A stretch of 64,000 nucleotides of DNA from Lentisphaeria bacterium (lineage in GTDB: Bacteria; Verrucomicrobiota; Lentisphaeria; JABSQK01; JAWLHB01), in NCBI GenBank assembly GCA_041690595.1, contig JAWLHB010000012.1:36785-100784 (forward strand). The letters are read 5' to 3'. Of this stretch, positions 16,838 through 26,678 are shown in pieces (positions within the stretch are counted from its first letter, which is position 1; each line of letters begins with the position of its first letter). The position numbers were made by a program, and so were the translations under genes. The notes beneath the pieces were generated by a model. The model was not told the DNA's origin. It worked only from the letters and a program-made list of their open reading frames with translations, and did not search any database.

Positions 16838-19285
16838 TTATTTTTCCTGGCGCAGGGTGTTGACATCCCAGATCACGACCCGCTGCTTGTCCCGCAGTGC
16901 CAGGAATCCTCCTTCACCCGAGAACCCCACCTGTTCCGGCTGGAATGGCGTTTCCAAGGACTGCCAGTCCTCGGTGCCGGGCTCCCAGAGCCATAGCCGG
17001 TTCCCACTCGCCAGTACGGCTACCAGCGGCGCGCGAAACGATACCGCCAGCCCCCGTATCGGACCTTCACCCACTGCCACCGGCGGCTCAAATTCCATGC
17101 TCTCCAGTTCGACCACGAGGAGACGATCGTCATCGGCAATGAATGCTTTTCCCTGTGAAGCAGAGACGGCCAAGGTGCGTCTTTCACTCACGCTGCCAAG
17201 GTCCAGTCGCCTGCTTTCGGCTCCAGTTTCCAGCGAATACTTCACCAGTGCCCCCGGCTCCAGCGCATAAAGGTGTTGCAGGTCCGCGCTCAGGCGCACG
17301 GAAAGCACACGCGCGGCCGATTGAATCAACATGCGCTGCGCTCCACTCGTCAAGTCAAAGACGCGCACCATGTCTCCCAGGCTCACCAGAATGGGCGACT
17401 CGCCATTGGTAACATGCAATTCACGGATGGCACTTTCCGCGGCGAGCGTGTGCAGCTTGCGTCCGGTAGCCATCTCCGTGATCAGAACACTGGCAGTTCC
17501 CTCCAGGTGGGAGGCGAGCACCGAACCGTCGGCACTGAGATCCGCGGTCGTGCCCGGAGTGGTGCGCAAGGTCTGGCCGCGACGGCGCAGATCGAGCACC
17601 CTGACCAAGTCGCGCTCCACGACCAGCAACATGGGCATTCTCGCCGCAAACTGGATATCCGTGAGCGATCGCTTGAAGGCAAGTGGCAGCATCGGCTTGT
17701 TGCGCATGATGAGGGCACCGCTCTCGGTCAGTTCCGCCACCTCTTCCGCCGGCTCAACCAGTTCCACAGCCTCGGGTTCAACGTCAGGCGCGGCCGCTTC
17801 ACCTTCAGCGGGAAGCGGCTCTTCCGGCGGAACCGCAACGTCAGGCGCGGCATCCTCCACCGGCGCTGCTTCCATGAGCGGCGGGGCAGACACGGGACCG
17901 GGTGTTTCATCCGGCGCGACAGCGGCTTCATCGGGTGGTGTCTGAGGCTCAGCCGTCTCTCCATCCTCCACCGCGACGGGCGCCTGCGCAGGTGTTTGCG
18001 CCACGGTCGGCGTTAACGGCTGGCTCGAAACCATGGTACCGGGCTGAACCATCTCGTCAGCTTCAGGAGCGATGACGACGGGATCTTCGACCGCCGGTGG
18101 GCCTTCACCAACCGCCGGACCAGGCTCCCGGTTGAAGAGGGTGATACCCGCCAGTACCGTCCAGACCACGATCAGCAGAATGATCACCGTGTACAACACC
18201 TGGCTGACGCGGTCCGGCCGTTTGCCGGCCAGCTCCTCATTCTCGATCTCGGCGCTGGTCTCGCTGGTAGCGACGTCCTGAGCTCCGGCGTTCTCGAGCA
18301 ACGCTTCCAAGCCGCCAAAGTATTCCATCTGAGCCCCTTGACTCTCTCCCTGCTGCACAGCCCGCTCAGCCTTAAGCCACCAGTTCAGCGGGTTGGACGT
18401 GTCATCAGGGTACTCATCGAGTGGCAGACCGGACTCGATGATATATTCTCTCTCCCGACGGACAAAGCCCAGCAGGTGCTTCCACAGGCGCTCACGAAAA
18501 ACTCTCGATGTCGTCTCCACGTGCAGATAAAACTGTATGCCGCGCTCGGCATCCGCCACGAAATACAATGGCGTCAGCTCGGGTCCCAGCAGGGGCAGCA
18601 CCCAGGGCTCCGTTGGCAGCGTCGCGCGATTGTCGTCCTGGCGATCCGGCGGCAGGAGGTCGAAGGCCCGCAAGACCTTGGCCAGGAAATAAGACTCGAT
18701 GCCGCTGATGGTTTCGCAGAACTGCCCGATGAAGCGATGGGTCTTCGAATTGCAGAAGAGAGACTCGTCATCGGTCGGCCACCACATGGCGTAGGTGCCG
18801 TTGGGGGCCCGCCCATTGTCCACCTCCCGGAAGAGATCGAGGCCGAAGGAGCGCAGGGGGTCGATCGGTTGGGCGGCAGGCAAGGGATGCGGCGCGTAGT
18901 AGACGGGCGGCATGTAGTCGAGGCGCTGCAGGGCATCCTGGACACCGGAGAAGTGAGCCCCCTCCATGGCGCCGGATTGGGCATAGACATACATCGCCAC
19001 GCCAAGATTGCCTTTGCGCAGCAGGAAGGGAACCTCCAGCACACCCTCCTCGAGAAGGATGCTGCGATTGAAGCCGATCGCTTCTACGCCGAGATCCGAG
19101 TCCGAAAAGGTCTTCTTGATGATCTTGTAGACCAGACGCGCATCCAGTTCGATGGGGCCTTGCGCGCTTTCCGGATCAGCCGGTCTCTCCCAGGGGATGG
19201 TGATGGTCGGCCAACCGGGATCGCTGCATTGCAGTATCAGCGAATTTTGCTGTCCAGTTTCTTCCTGCATATCATCGCCTGTCAT
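16838..19285 (-). CDS. Membrane-anchored protein with Pro/Ala/Glu-rich linker and C-terminal beta-propeller-like (WD40/PQQ-type) repeats
   Basis: One TM helix (VLYTVIILLIVVWTVLAGITL), a ~120-aa PAE-rich low-complexity stretch, and repeated VRVFDL/VVIWDV-type blades. Start moved to ATG 19285 (MTGDDMQEE) to avoid a 140-bp overlap with the neighbouring gene. Confidence 0.6.
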   Translation of the reverse strand: MTGDDMQEETGQQNSLILQCSDPGWPTITIPWERPADPESAQGPIELDARLVYKIIKKTFSDSDLGVEAIGFNRSILLEEGVLEVPFLLRKGNLGVAMYVYAQSGAMEGAHFSGVQDALQRLDYMPPVYYAPHPLPAAQPIDPLRSFGLDLFREVDNGRAPNGTYAMWWPTDDESLFCNSKTHRFIGQFCETISGIESYFLAKVLRAFDLLPPDRQDDNRATLPTEPWVLPLLGPELTPLYFVADAERGIQFYLHVETTSRVFRERLWKHLLGFVRREREYIIESGLPLDEYPDDTSNPLNWWLKAERAVQQGESQGAQMEYFGGLEALLENAGAQDVATSETSAEIENEELAGKRPDRVSQVLYTVIILLIVVWTVLAGITLFNREPGPAVGEGPPAVEDPVVIAPEADEMVQPGTMVSSQPLTPTVAQTPAQAPVAVEDGETAEPQTPPDEAAVAPDETPGPVSAPPLMEAAPVEDAAPDVAVPPEEPLPAEGEAAAPDVEPEAVELVEPAEEVAELTESGALIMRNKPMLPLAFKRSLTDIQFAARMPMLLVVERDLVRVLDLRRRGQTLRTTPGTTADLSADGSVLASHLEGTASVLITEMATGRKLHTLAAESAIRELHVTNGESPILVSLGDMVRVFDLTSGAQRMLIQSAARVLSVRLSADLQHLYALEPGALVKYSLETGAESRRLDLGSVSERRTLAVSASQGKAFIADDDRLLVVELESMEFEPPVAVGEGPIRGLAVSFRAPLVAVLASGNRLWLWEPGTEDWQSLETPFQPEQVGFSGEGGFLALRDKQRVVIWDVNTLRQEK

Positions 19286-19296
19286 TCGGGTGAAGG

Positions 19297-20685
19297 TTAT
19301 CCCGGTCCCGCAAAGGTGTAATAGGGTTCGTTGTTCAGGATCCGCTGAAGGTAAAGTGCCACCTCGAGCGCATGATAATCGCCCCACATGCTCGCCTCGC
19401 CACAGGGGATGCTGCTGCCCTCGGGCACATGGTCCCACCCGTTGGGACGGTGATAGATCGAGTGCAGAAGAAGCCCCTGATGGGCCGGATCCTCGCTCAG
19501 ATAGGGCTCATCGAAAAGCGTTTTCAGCACCTGCAGCCCAGCCTGCCAGTAGCGGTCACCCTTGGCGCGATCGCCGTGTTCCTGAAGGAAGCGCCCCAGG
19601 CGCAGGAGCCCCTGGCTGCCGATCGCCGCCGCCGAGCTGTCCACCGGTTCATGATCATTGTAAGGTTCGGCCGGTCGCTCGAGGTAATCGCCCATGGCCG
19701 CCAGCCCCGGCGCACCGGTATCCCAGTAGGGAATGCCGTCGATCGGGGTATGCTCGATGTAGAAGTCGCAGCTTGCCAGCGCGGGACGAAGCAGCATCTC
19801 GTTCACGCGTGCCCGCCCACCGAACGGCGCGAGCTGAGCATCGTCCAGCCTGCCGATGAACTCCAGCTCTTCCGCGAAGCCGCACATGATCCAGGCCAGC
19901 CCACGCGTCCACGTGCTGAACGGCGAATACCCCTGCTGCGAATTGGGACAACGGAAAACGCCGTTGTTGGTGTTGAAGATGCTCTCGTGCGCCACACGTC
20001 CATGCAGATCGTAGCTGTCTCGCCCTTCCCCGTAGAAGACCGCATAATCGGCAGTGACCCCGGCATGATGGAGCAGACGCTCGAGCAGGGAAACGTTGGC
20101 ATCCTGCTCCATCATCAGCGACTGCCCCAGCTCGTGCGCGACGGCCAGAGCGCGCAGGGAGCGAATGGTGTCGGCGAAAAGCGAGTGCGGCCCGTTGAAG
20201 GAGTAGATGTAACCACGCCCATCGGCAATTGGCGTCCAGCGTACGGCCTGAACAACCCCCGAGCACTTGAGCGCCATGCTGTAGAAATCCACATCACCGT
20301 CAGTGGCGGCGATCTTCCCTTCCCGCGCGAGACGCAGCAGGTTGCCATAGGTGCTGACATTATTGAAGCCGTGGTCGTGTACGCCCACATGCGTGACGTG
20401 CCCGGCCATGTTGTGTCGGGTATTCTCACGGCCCAATTGCAGAAATTCTTCATCGCCAGTGGCATCGAAGAGGAGCAGCGCACTGCCATATTGGAAGCCC
20501 TGCGTCCATTCGGTCCAGCCACGGGCCGTATAGCGGCCGGCGACAGTAAAGACCGGTGCGCCCGAGCCCAGCGGATAGTCATGATCGATCGCGCGTATTT
20601 TTCGCGGCGCCGCGGCAAAAACCCGAGCTAGCTGTGGCTGCAGGTCGGCCGCCTTCAAGTTTGGATCAAGCTGAATGATAATCAC
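19297..20685 (-). CDS. GH88/GH105-like unsaturated glucuronyl/rhamnogalacturonyl hydrolase-fold protein
   Basis: HDHGFNNVSTYGNLLRLA and overall alpha/alpha-toroid-like sequence. Family assignment is tentative. Confidence 0.5.
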   Translation of the reverse strand: MIIIQLDPNLKAADLQPQLARVFAAAPRKIRAIDHDYPLGSGAPVFTVAGRYTARGWTEWTQGFQYGSALLLFDATGDEEFLQLGRENTRHNMAGHVTHVGVHDHGFNNVSTYGNLLRLAREGKIAATDGDVDFYSMALKCSGVVQAVRWTPIADGRGYIYSFNGPHSLFADTIRSLRALAVAHELGQSLMMEQDANVSLLERLLHHAGVTADYAVFYGEGRDSYDLHGRVAHESIFNTNNGVFRCPNSQQGYSPFSTWTRGLAWIMCGFAEELEFIGRLDDAQLAPFGGRARVNEMLLRPALASCDFYIEHTPIDGIPYWDTGAPGLAAMGDYLERPAEPYNDHEPVDSSAAAIGSQGLLRLGRFLQEHGDRAKGDRYWQAGLQVLKTLFDEPYLSEDPAHQGLLLHSIYHRPNGWDHVPEGSSIPCGEASMWGDYHALEVALYLQRILNNEPYYTFAGPG

Positions 20686-20915
20686 ACCTGCCAGATAAGA
20701 TTTTCATGACCTCGTCTGCATAAAGAGGCGTGTGCAGCCCTATCCGCCGCCCCGCCTGGATATCCTTAACAAGCATAGCGCATCAACCGCAGAAGTACAA
20801 ATCCCTGCCCCACGATAAGGAAAAAGTTCTTTACCCGCGGCGGTAGCCTCCCGTTGCTCTCGCATCGTCGCCCTTCGGCATGCCGGATTTGTACGAGATT
20901 CTCTCGGGCGCTGGG

Positions 20916-20944
20916 TTGCAATCGTGCAAAGCAGAGGTAAATTA
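20916..20944 (+). promoter_or_regulatory. Sigma70-like promoter candidate for tRNA-Gly (TTGCAA - 17 nt - TAAATT)
   Basis: Hexamers are visible ~20-45 nt upstream of the tRNA 5' end. Weak -10. Confidence 0.3.
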
Positions 20945-20963
20945 GCCTCAGTTTCTCGTCTGA

Positions 20964-21037
20964 GCGGGTATAGCATAGTGGTAATGCTCCAGCCTTCCAA
21001 GCTGATTAGAAGGGTTCGATTCCCTTTACCCGCTCCA
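20964..21037 (+). tRNA. tRNA-Gly (anticodon TCC), 74 nt with encoded CCA
   Basis: Manual cloverleaf: acceptor GCGGGTA/TACCCGC, D-arm GCAT-AGTGGTA-ATGC, anticodon loop CTTCCAA (U33, TCC, A37), T-arm AAGGG-TTCGATT-CCCTT, discriminator U, CCA. One C·A mismatch at the top of the anticodon stem. Confidence 0.85.
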
Positions 21038-21226
21038 CTTCCCCCCTCCGACCTCCGCAACTCCCTGCCTCCCCAGCAGGATACCTTGCCCAGCTCCCCA
21101 CCCTTCCGCCATTGGCGCAGTGGTGTTTGACTTGCCGCTACCGGCGGAATGCTCGATTAGCTAGCTATTGCCAGCCCCATTCCAGGGCGCCGGAAAGCGA
21201 TTTACGCCCGATAGGCGGTTTGCGCA

Positions 21227-21256
21227 GAGCGGGCGGATTCTTATACCCGCTCCACT
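21227..21256 (+). repeat. Relic duplicate of the tRNA-Gly termini. The 13-bp TACCCGCTCCACT is an exact direct repeat of the tRNA 3' end (21027-21039), preceded by GAGCGGG, forming a mini acceptor-stem hairpin
   Basis: Exact 13-bp repeat 210 bp downstream of the tRNA. gagcgggcggattcttatacccgctcca mimics the tRNA 5' and 3' ends with the body deleted. Confidence 0.6.
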
Positions 21257-21286
21257 CTTCTTCACGCGCACTGTCAGCCATCACCC

Positions 21287-22951
21287 TCAGGCTTCGGCCG
21301 TGAGCGAGAACAACTGCTCGGCGCGGACTTTTACCGCTTCCAGATCGTCAAGGAAGTTTTGCCGCGCCTGTTCCAGGAATTGACCGGCAAGCTGCTGGTA
21401 GTAGCTCAACCCAGCCAGGAAGTTGGTGGCGAATGCTTCCTTGAAGCGGACCGTGCCGAACTGCTCCTTGAGCCACAATTCGCTGTCGACCCGGGCAAAG
21501 AGCCCAAGGTACTGCCGCGCTTCCTCGATGAACATGTGGGGACGCTTCTTGTCGTCCATGACCGAGAGACGGCCGTAGATATGATCGACAAGCTCTTCGA
21601 GCGAGAGCTGGCGGCTGAAGTACTTGATGTTTGGCCCCGGGCAGACAGCGGCGGGCGAAGGACTGGGCAGCCCCTTGCTGACATACGCGCTCGTGCCCAG
21701 CTCATGACAGATGCACGAGCGGGCCAGCAGTTCATCGCGAAGCTGAGGATCGACGGAATCGTCTTTCAGCTTCGCCTTGATGAATTGGCGGGATGCGGTG
21801 CACAGGGGCAGGCCCCCGACCTCCGTATTCAGCCGGGCATAGCCTTTTGGACAGGTGGTGCCGGGCTTGCCGGCCTGATTCCGTTTGAGGCGCGCCTGCT
21901 CACTGGTGGAGGTCATCAGCGTCCAGAAGGGAATCCCCAGCGGCGATGCCGCACTCAGCATCGTGTCTCCCTCTTTAGCCTCACACAGGAGCTTCAGATG
22001 ATGCTGGTCGATGTTCACCACTTCCGGCACAAGCAGGAATGGCGTCCCCCAGCCGGTGCGATCGCAGCCATAGTGATCGATCAGGAACTTATGCTCGAGA
22101 TAGGTGCCGACTCCGCCCTGCGCGGTCAGCATCTGCCGCGGACGGCATTCAAGCTTTCTGCCGGTGCGCTTTTCGAGCCCGCGCTGCCAGATGGTATACA
22201 GCGACTCATACAGCGTCTCGCGGTTCTCCTGGAAGTCCGCCAGAGCCGGGCCCAGCAGGATACCGGGGGTCGGATAAGCATGACCGCCGCAGTTCAAACC
22301 GGACTCCACCCGAAACTCGGAAACCCATAGCCCGAGCTTTGCCAGCATCGTTCCCTGGATGCGCGCCGAGCGATAATCGCTCACCTTCAGCGCGAGCTTC
22401 TTGCTGAAGTGGCCGTCCGCATCTGGATGCAGTTGTTCGTGCGCGGCCAGAAAGTCATACAAACCCTTATTGACGCCGGCCGACAAGACGAGCGTTCCGT
22501 GCGCCCGGCTCTCGAGGTAGCCTTGGGCCGCGGAAAGAGCATCGGAGAGGGGCATGCTGCCGCGATCGGGATAGGTGGTCCGATCCGCATCCAGCGCAAC
22601 CATGATGTTGGCGTCGATGCTGCCGCGGGGAAGATCCTCGCCGACGTCCGGCAGCAGGCGCCGATAGCGTGCGACAAGCTCCGGCTTGCTCGCCTTCCAC
22701 GCTTCCTCAATCAGATCTTCCAGCAGATCCAGATACAGCCGAATGCGTTCGGCCCGACAGTCGATACCCGGCAGCGCCTGTGGCTCTCTGCCAAAACGTT
22801 CGCAGTAGTGCTTGTAGTAGTGCTCGATGAGCACATCATCCACCAGTGAGATGGTGGAGTCGATGCCAAGCGGCGCAACTTTGAGTGGGGTATCGAGCGT
22901 AAAGCCAGTTCCCATGACGGGAATATGAAACGTATGGTGCATCGTGGTCAT
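21287..22951 (-). CDS. Hypothetical protein (554 aa), no recognised domain
   Basis: Long ORF with protein-like composition. Preceded by a 630-bp ORF-free leader. Confidence 0.6.
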   Translation of the reverse strand: MTTMHHTFHIPVMGTGFTLDTPLKVAPLGIDSTISLVDDVLIEHYYKHYCERFGREPQALPGIDCRAERIRLYLDLLEDLIEEAWKASKPELVARYRRLLPDVGEDLPRGSIDANIMVALDADRTTYPDRGSMPLSDALSAAQGYLESRAHGTLVLSAGVNKGLYDFLAAHEQLHPDADGHFSKKLALKVSDYRSARIQGTMLAKLGLWVSEFRVESGLNCGGHAYPTPGILLGPALADFQENRETLYESLYTIWQRGLEKRTGRKLECRPRQMLTAQGGVGTYLEHKFLIDHYGCDRTGWGTPFLLVPEVVNIDQHHLKLLCEAKEGDTMLSAASPLGIPFWTLMTSTSEQARLKRNQAGKPGTTCPKGYARLNTEVGGLPLCTASRQFIKAKLKDDSVDPQLRDELLARSCICHELGTSAYVSKGLPSPSPAAVCPGPNIKYFSRQLSLEELVDHIYGRLSVMDDKKRPHMFIEEARQYLGLFARVDSELWLKEQFGTVRFKEAFATNFLAGLSYYQQLAGQFLEQARQNFLDDLEAVKVRAEQLFSLTAEA

Positions 22952-23585
22952 GAATGGATCTGTGATTGGCCTTCCGCTCGGCGGTTGAGTCGCTGCATGG
23001 TAACTCTCTTCCGGATCCAGGCGAAAGCGGCTGTTTTCGCGTCTCGATCCAGGCGGAAACCCCGCCCGGGGTGCTCCCCATGCTCAGGAACGACGGTACA
23101 AGCAGGCGAGTGACCATCATCGTGCAGGTGTTTAACCATCCATGCACCTGATCAGCGTCGCAACAGCACGTCTTCCCCGAGCACCCACAATCACCATCCT
23201 ACGGATTCAACCCTTGCGTTACAAACACTTCGCGACAACTCATACTCCAACCAACATGAGACCACTCTTGTGAGTAACCGCATGAGCCAGGGTGATGATC
23301 TGGAAAATCGCAAATCCCAATATCTTACCTTACACCGGTTTATCAAGTCCGGCTGGAAGAAATAGGCGGATGATCGACGGCAACAGAGGTTGGGCCAGCG
23401 CGTCACTCGCCGGGGATTGGCTCAATTCGAATATTACGAAACCGCACGTGGCCCCCAACCCGGCTCTTGCCGCGATTGTAGAGGTAGAGCTGCATCACGC
23501 CTTGGTCGGTTGTGGCAAACTCCATGCTCACTGGGCTCCAGGTATCGGGGGAAAATCATGATCGCAAGACAACCGTAAAATACGT

Positions 23586-26567
23586 TCAGCGGTAGTAGAT
23601 CTTGAGGTAATCGGTCGACGCCAGCGGCAGGCTGCATTCGATCCGCTCGCCCTCCACGGAGAAGGGCAGCTCTCCCTGGTGTATGCTTTCCACCCGCGCG
23701 ATCGGCTTCGACACCTGTATAGAGAGGGCCAAGGTGTAGATCGGCGAGAGTGTGTAGTTGGCCAGCGGGATGACGATACCCTCCTCGCAGGTCATGTAGA
23801 CCGCGTCGATAAGCGGCACGCTGCACCGCACCGGCGGATCGACCGCGGCATCGCGCACCGGCTGCAGCAACGCCTCACGTAGCGCCGCCGGATACTCCCA
23901 CGGATTCGCCGAACGCTCCAGGATGGCGCGCCTGGCCTGGCCCGCCTCGTCGAGAGTAGCGGGGTCGGCATCCTGCAGGGCCTTCCTGGCCACCAATGCC
24001 TCGCGCATGTAGTCGAGTGCCGGCAGGAAGCCGAGGCAGTGGATTGTGCCCTGGCCGCTCTTGCCGGTTACCCAGGCCGGTGTATCGTCCGCAAAAGTGC
24101 CAAGCACCGTAGCACCCTCCCGCGGCAGCATGGCCTGCCGGACGGAGAGCACGTTGAAGTGGGCCGCTCCAGCGGTCACCGTATCCTGCGCGTTGAGCGT
24201 GGGCAGGTAACGTCCGGAGGAGCGGAAGGACTGCGGCGTTGTTGCCTCGGCGCGCTCGGCGGGAAGAATGGCTGATATATTCCGCAGTGGACGGTCGTAC
24301 TCGTCGCGGCTGGCGGCGTCGGCAGTGGCCATCAGCGTCCCCCCCTGCCCCACCCACTCGACCAGATTCTCGCCGGCAGCGCGGGTCAGATTCGGTCCCG
24401 ACAGATAGCAGACGTCATAGCCGTCGAGCAAACCTTTGACGACCTGCTCTTCAGAGAGGATATCGACCGGTATCTGCCCATGCGCGAGGGCCATCCAGGT
24501 GAACATGCGGTCGAAGCCGTAGGCAAGGTTGCGGTCGATCTGCCAGGCATCCGTTGCGGAAGAATAGAGGATGGCAACCCGCGCCGGCGCCGGCATTGCC
24601 GGCAACAACAGATCTTCGGCGCCGCCGATCTCCCGCACCAGCTCCGCGTGTGGCACCCACATTGCCGGCTTCGCCTGCCAGCAGTGACTGCGCCATGCCG
24701 GCCCCCCTTCATGGCTGCCCCAGTAGACCCCATACGAAAAGCTCTTGAGAATCTTGGTGCCACGCGCGACATTCCCCGCGGCCTTCAGTTTGACGTCGAG
24801 CGGCCGACGGCCCGCGTGCGCGATCAGGTAATGGCCGATCACCTGCCCCCTTTCTCGTGCCGCCGCGCGCATGAGATCCACGTTGTAGGCGCCGCACTGG
24901 TAGCTCGCCGCACCGTTAGCCCAGTCTTCTCCCCAGATCGCATTCTGACCGCCATCGTTGAGCAACTCGAAATAGTCGACGCCCTGGCTGTAGAAGTTCC
25001 CGTGATAGGTAGCTCCATCACTGAAATTGACCAGAACGGGAAAGGAACCGCCGACGGCCGCTTCGAGCGCCCGGCGCTGCACCGCGATGAAATCGCCAAG
25101 CGCCTGCGTCCGGAAACGCTGACTGAAGTAATAGAGGGCCGGGAAGGCTTCGCGTTGAGCCAGCGTCACCGGACGAACCGCCTCCCAATCCGCCACCAGC
25201 AGCTCCTCCGGCGTCAGCGAAAGCCCCTCCAGCCAGGACCGGAAAGCCACGATATAGGCTTCATCCTCGGCGATGAAGTCGAGCGGTTGCCCGGTTGGCT
25301 CGTCCATGACCATCGAGTAGACGACGTCGCTGGGAGGCTTGCCGGTTGCCGCCCATTCGGCGGCCCGCTCCGCGGCGCGTGCCGCTATCTTCTCGTGGTC
25401 CGGCCGGCAATAAGAGCCATCCTGCATCTGCCAGGTGCCTCCCGCCAGGCGCGACTTCGTCCAATTGGAGAAGCCGAAGTAGCCCAGAGTCTTCATTTCG
25501 CGGTCATGAACCGCCTGATCGACCGGGGTGCCGTACCCGCCGATGCCCACGGCCACGAAGAAGGGGAAATGCTCCGGATGCTTGCCGATGGTCGGCCAGG
25601 GCGTCTCGTCGGCAAGCTTGCCCGTCTTCTCCGCAAACTCCTGATCGCGAAGCAGCCGGGAGCGGTGAAGCTCGGTTGTCAGGTCTGGTGGACAGACGAC
25701 GACCAGGCCGTTCGGCTGGGCCGCGACCTGCATCGTGCGAACGATCGCGTCGTCGCTCGGGGCGGTGGCGAATTCAAAGGTGGCGTGCAGCATCTCCTCG
25801 CGCTCATGGTACGAATGCCGCATGGTGAAATTGAGGATGGCCCCGCTGTCCTGGTAGAGCATCGGGGTGATATTGCACCAGGGCGTCTTCTCACCTGCCT
25901 TGAGGCGTGCCGCCGGCGGCGGCCGCAGACCATCGAGGAAGCCTGCCTTCGAGAGAGTATGGTGCCCGTACCATGGCGCCCGATAATGATCGGCAAAGAT
26001 ATGCACATAAACCGGTCGCGAATACGCGTCGCCAAGCGTCACCCGCAGATACGTCTGTATGCCATGATTCAGATGATCCGGCGTCAACTCCAGATCCGTT
26101 GTCAGCAGGACGCAATCGACGTGGCGGGTGTACCCGCTGAGGCTTTCGCTGGGGGCCTTGGAGAGGCTCAACTCCACCGGCCCGGCAGGCAGCTCACATT
26201 CGAAAGAGTCCCAGATGAACTCCTGCCGCTTGCCGTCCTCGCGCTCCTCTCCGTCGAAGATCTTGCTGCCCAGCAATTTATCATCCTGCAGCACCTCCAC
26301 CTGGAAGGTCCCGCGCCAGCGATGCCAGTAGCTGTGTCGCACCCAGACTCGCCACGTGCCGCCTTCCGGAAGGTCGACCTGCCGACGCGCCGTTGCATCC
26401 TTGTCGCCAGTCGCTCCGTGCAACGTCCACAGTTTCGAGGCCAGACGATTCTCCGCCGGCGTCCAACCTGACGATTCAACGGTGAAGTCCTCCGCCTCCA
26501 GAAAGATCGTCTCGGCGCTCACCTGCAACGTCATACACACGAACATGGCCAACAAGAGTCGGGGCAT
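23586..26567 (-). CDS. Secreted 993-aa protein, probably a glycoside-hydrolase-like enzyme (family not assigned)
   Basis: Signal peptide MPRLLLAMFVCMTLQVSAET. Large multidomain composition typical of CAZymes. CAZyme neighbourhood. Confidence 0.65.
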   Translation of the reverse strand: MPRLLLAMFVCMTLQVSAETIFLEAEDFTVESSGWTPAENRLASKLWTLHGATGDKDATARRQVDLPEGGTWRVWVRHSYWHRWRGTFQVEVLQDDKLLGSKIFDGEEREDGKRQEFIWDSFECELPAGPVELSLSKAPSESLSGYTRHVDCVLLTTDLELTPDHLNHGIQTYLRVTLGDAYSRPVYVHIFADHYRAPWYGHHTLSKAGFLDGLRPPPAARLKAGEKTPWCNITPMLYQDSGAILNFTMRHSYHEREEMLHATFEFATAPSDDAIVRTMQVAAQPNGLVVVCPPDLTTELHRSRLLRDQEFAEKTGKLADETPWPTIGKHPEHFPFFVAVGIGGYGTPVDQAVHDREMKTLGYFGFSNWTKSRLAGGTWQMQDGSYCRPDHEKIAARAAERAAEWAATGKPPSDVVYSMVMDEPTGQPLDFIAEDEAYIVAFRSWLEGLSLTPEELLVADWEAVRPVTLAQREAFPALYYFSQRFRTQALGDFIAVQRRALEAAVGGSFPVLVNFSDGATYHGNFYSQGVDYFELLNDGGQNAIWGEDWANGAASYQCGAYNVDLMRAAARERGQVIGHYLIAHAGRRPLDVKLKAAGNVARGTKILKSFSYGVYWGSHEGGPAWRSHCWQAKPAMWVPHAELVREIGGAEDLLLPAMPAPARVAILYSSATDAWQIDRNLAYGFDRMFTWMALAHGQIPVDILSEEQVVKGLLDGYDVCYLSGPNLTRAAGENLVEWVGQGGTLMATADAASRDEYDRPLRNISAILPAERAEATTPQSFRSSGRYLPTLNAQDTVTAGAAHFNVLSVRQAMLPREGATVLGTFADDTPAWVTGKSGQGTIHCLGFLPALDYMREALVARKALQDADPATLDEAGQARRAILERSANPWEYPAALREALLQPVRDAAVDPPVRCSVPLIDAVYMTCEEGIVIPLANYTLSPIYTLALSIQVSKPIARVESIHQGELPFSVEGERIECSLPLASTDYLKIYYR

Positions 26568-26678
26568 AGGTCAATACTCCAGCCGATTAGAGATGATCAG
26601 GTCATTGACGGGTAGTATACCCGCGACATCCCTGCCAGGTCAACTGCATCAGGAGGATCGATGAATCAATCCGAAAGA

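Noticed and set aside
20740-21130. 106-aa minus and 68-aa + ORFs
   Set aside because: They overlap the tRNA-Gly gene and its flanks. The tRNA cloverleaf is convincing and the ORFs have no coding features.
24480-26471. 663-aa + strand ORF
   Set aside because: It is antisense to the 993-aa secreted protein gene, which has a signal peptide and protein-like composition. The + ORF is Arg/His-rich.
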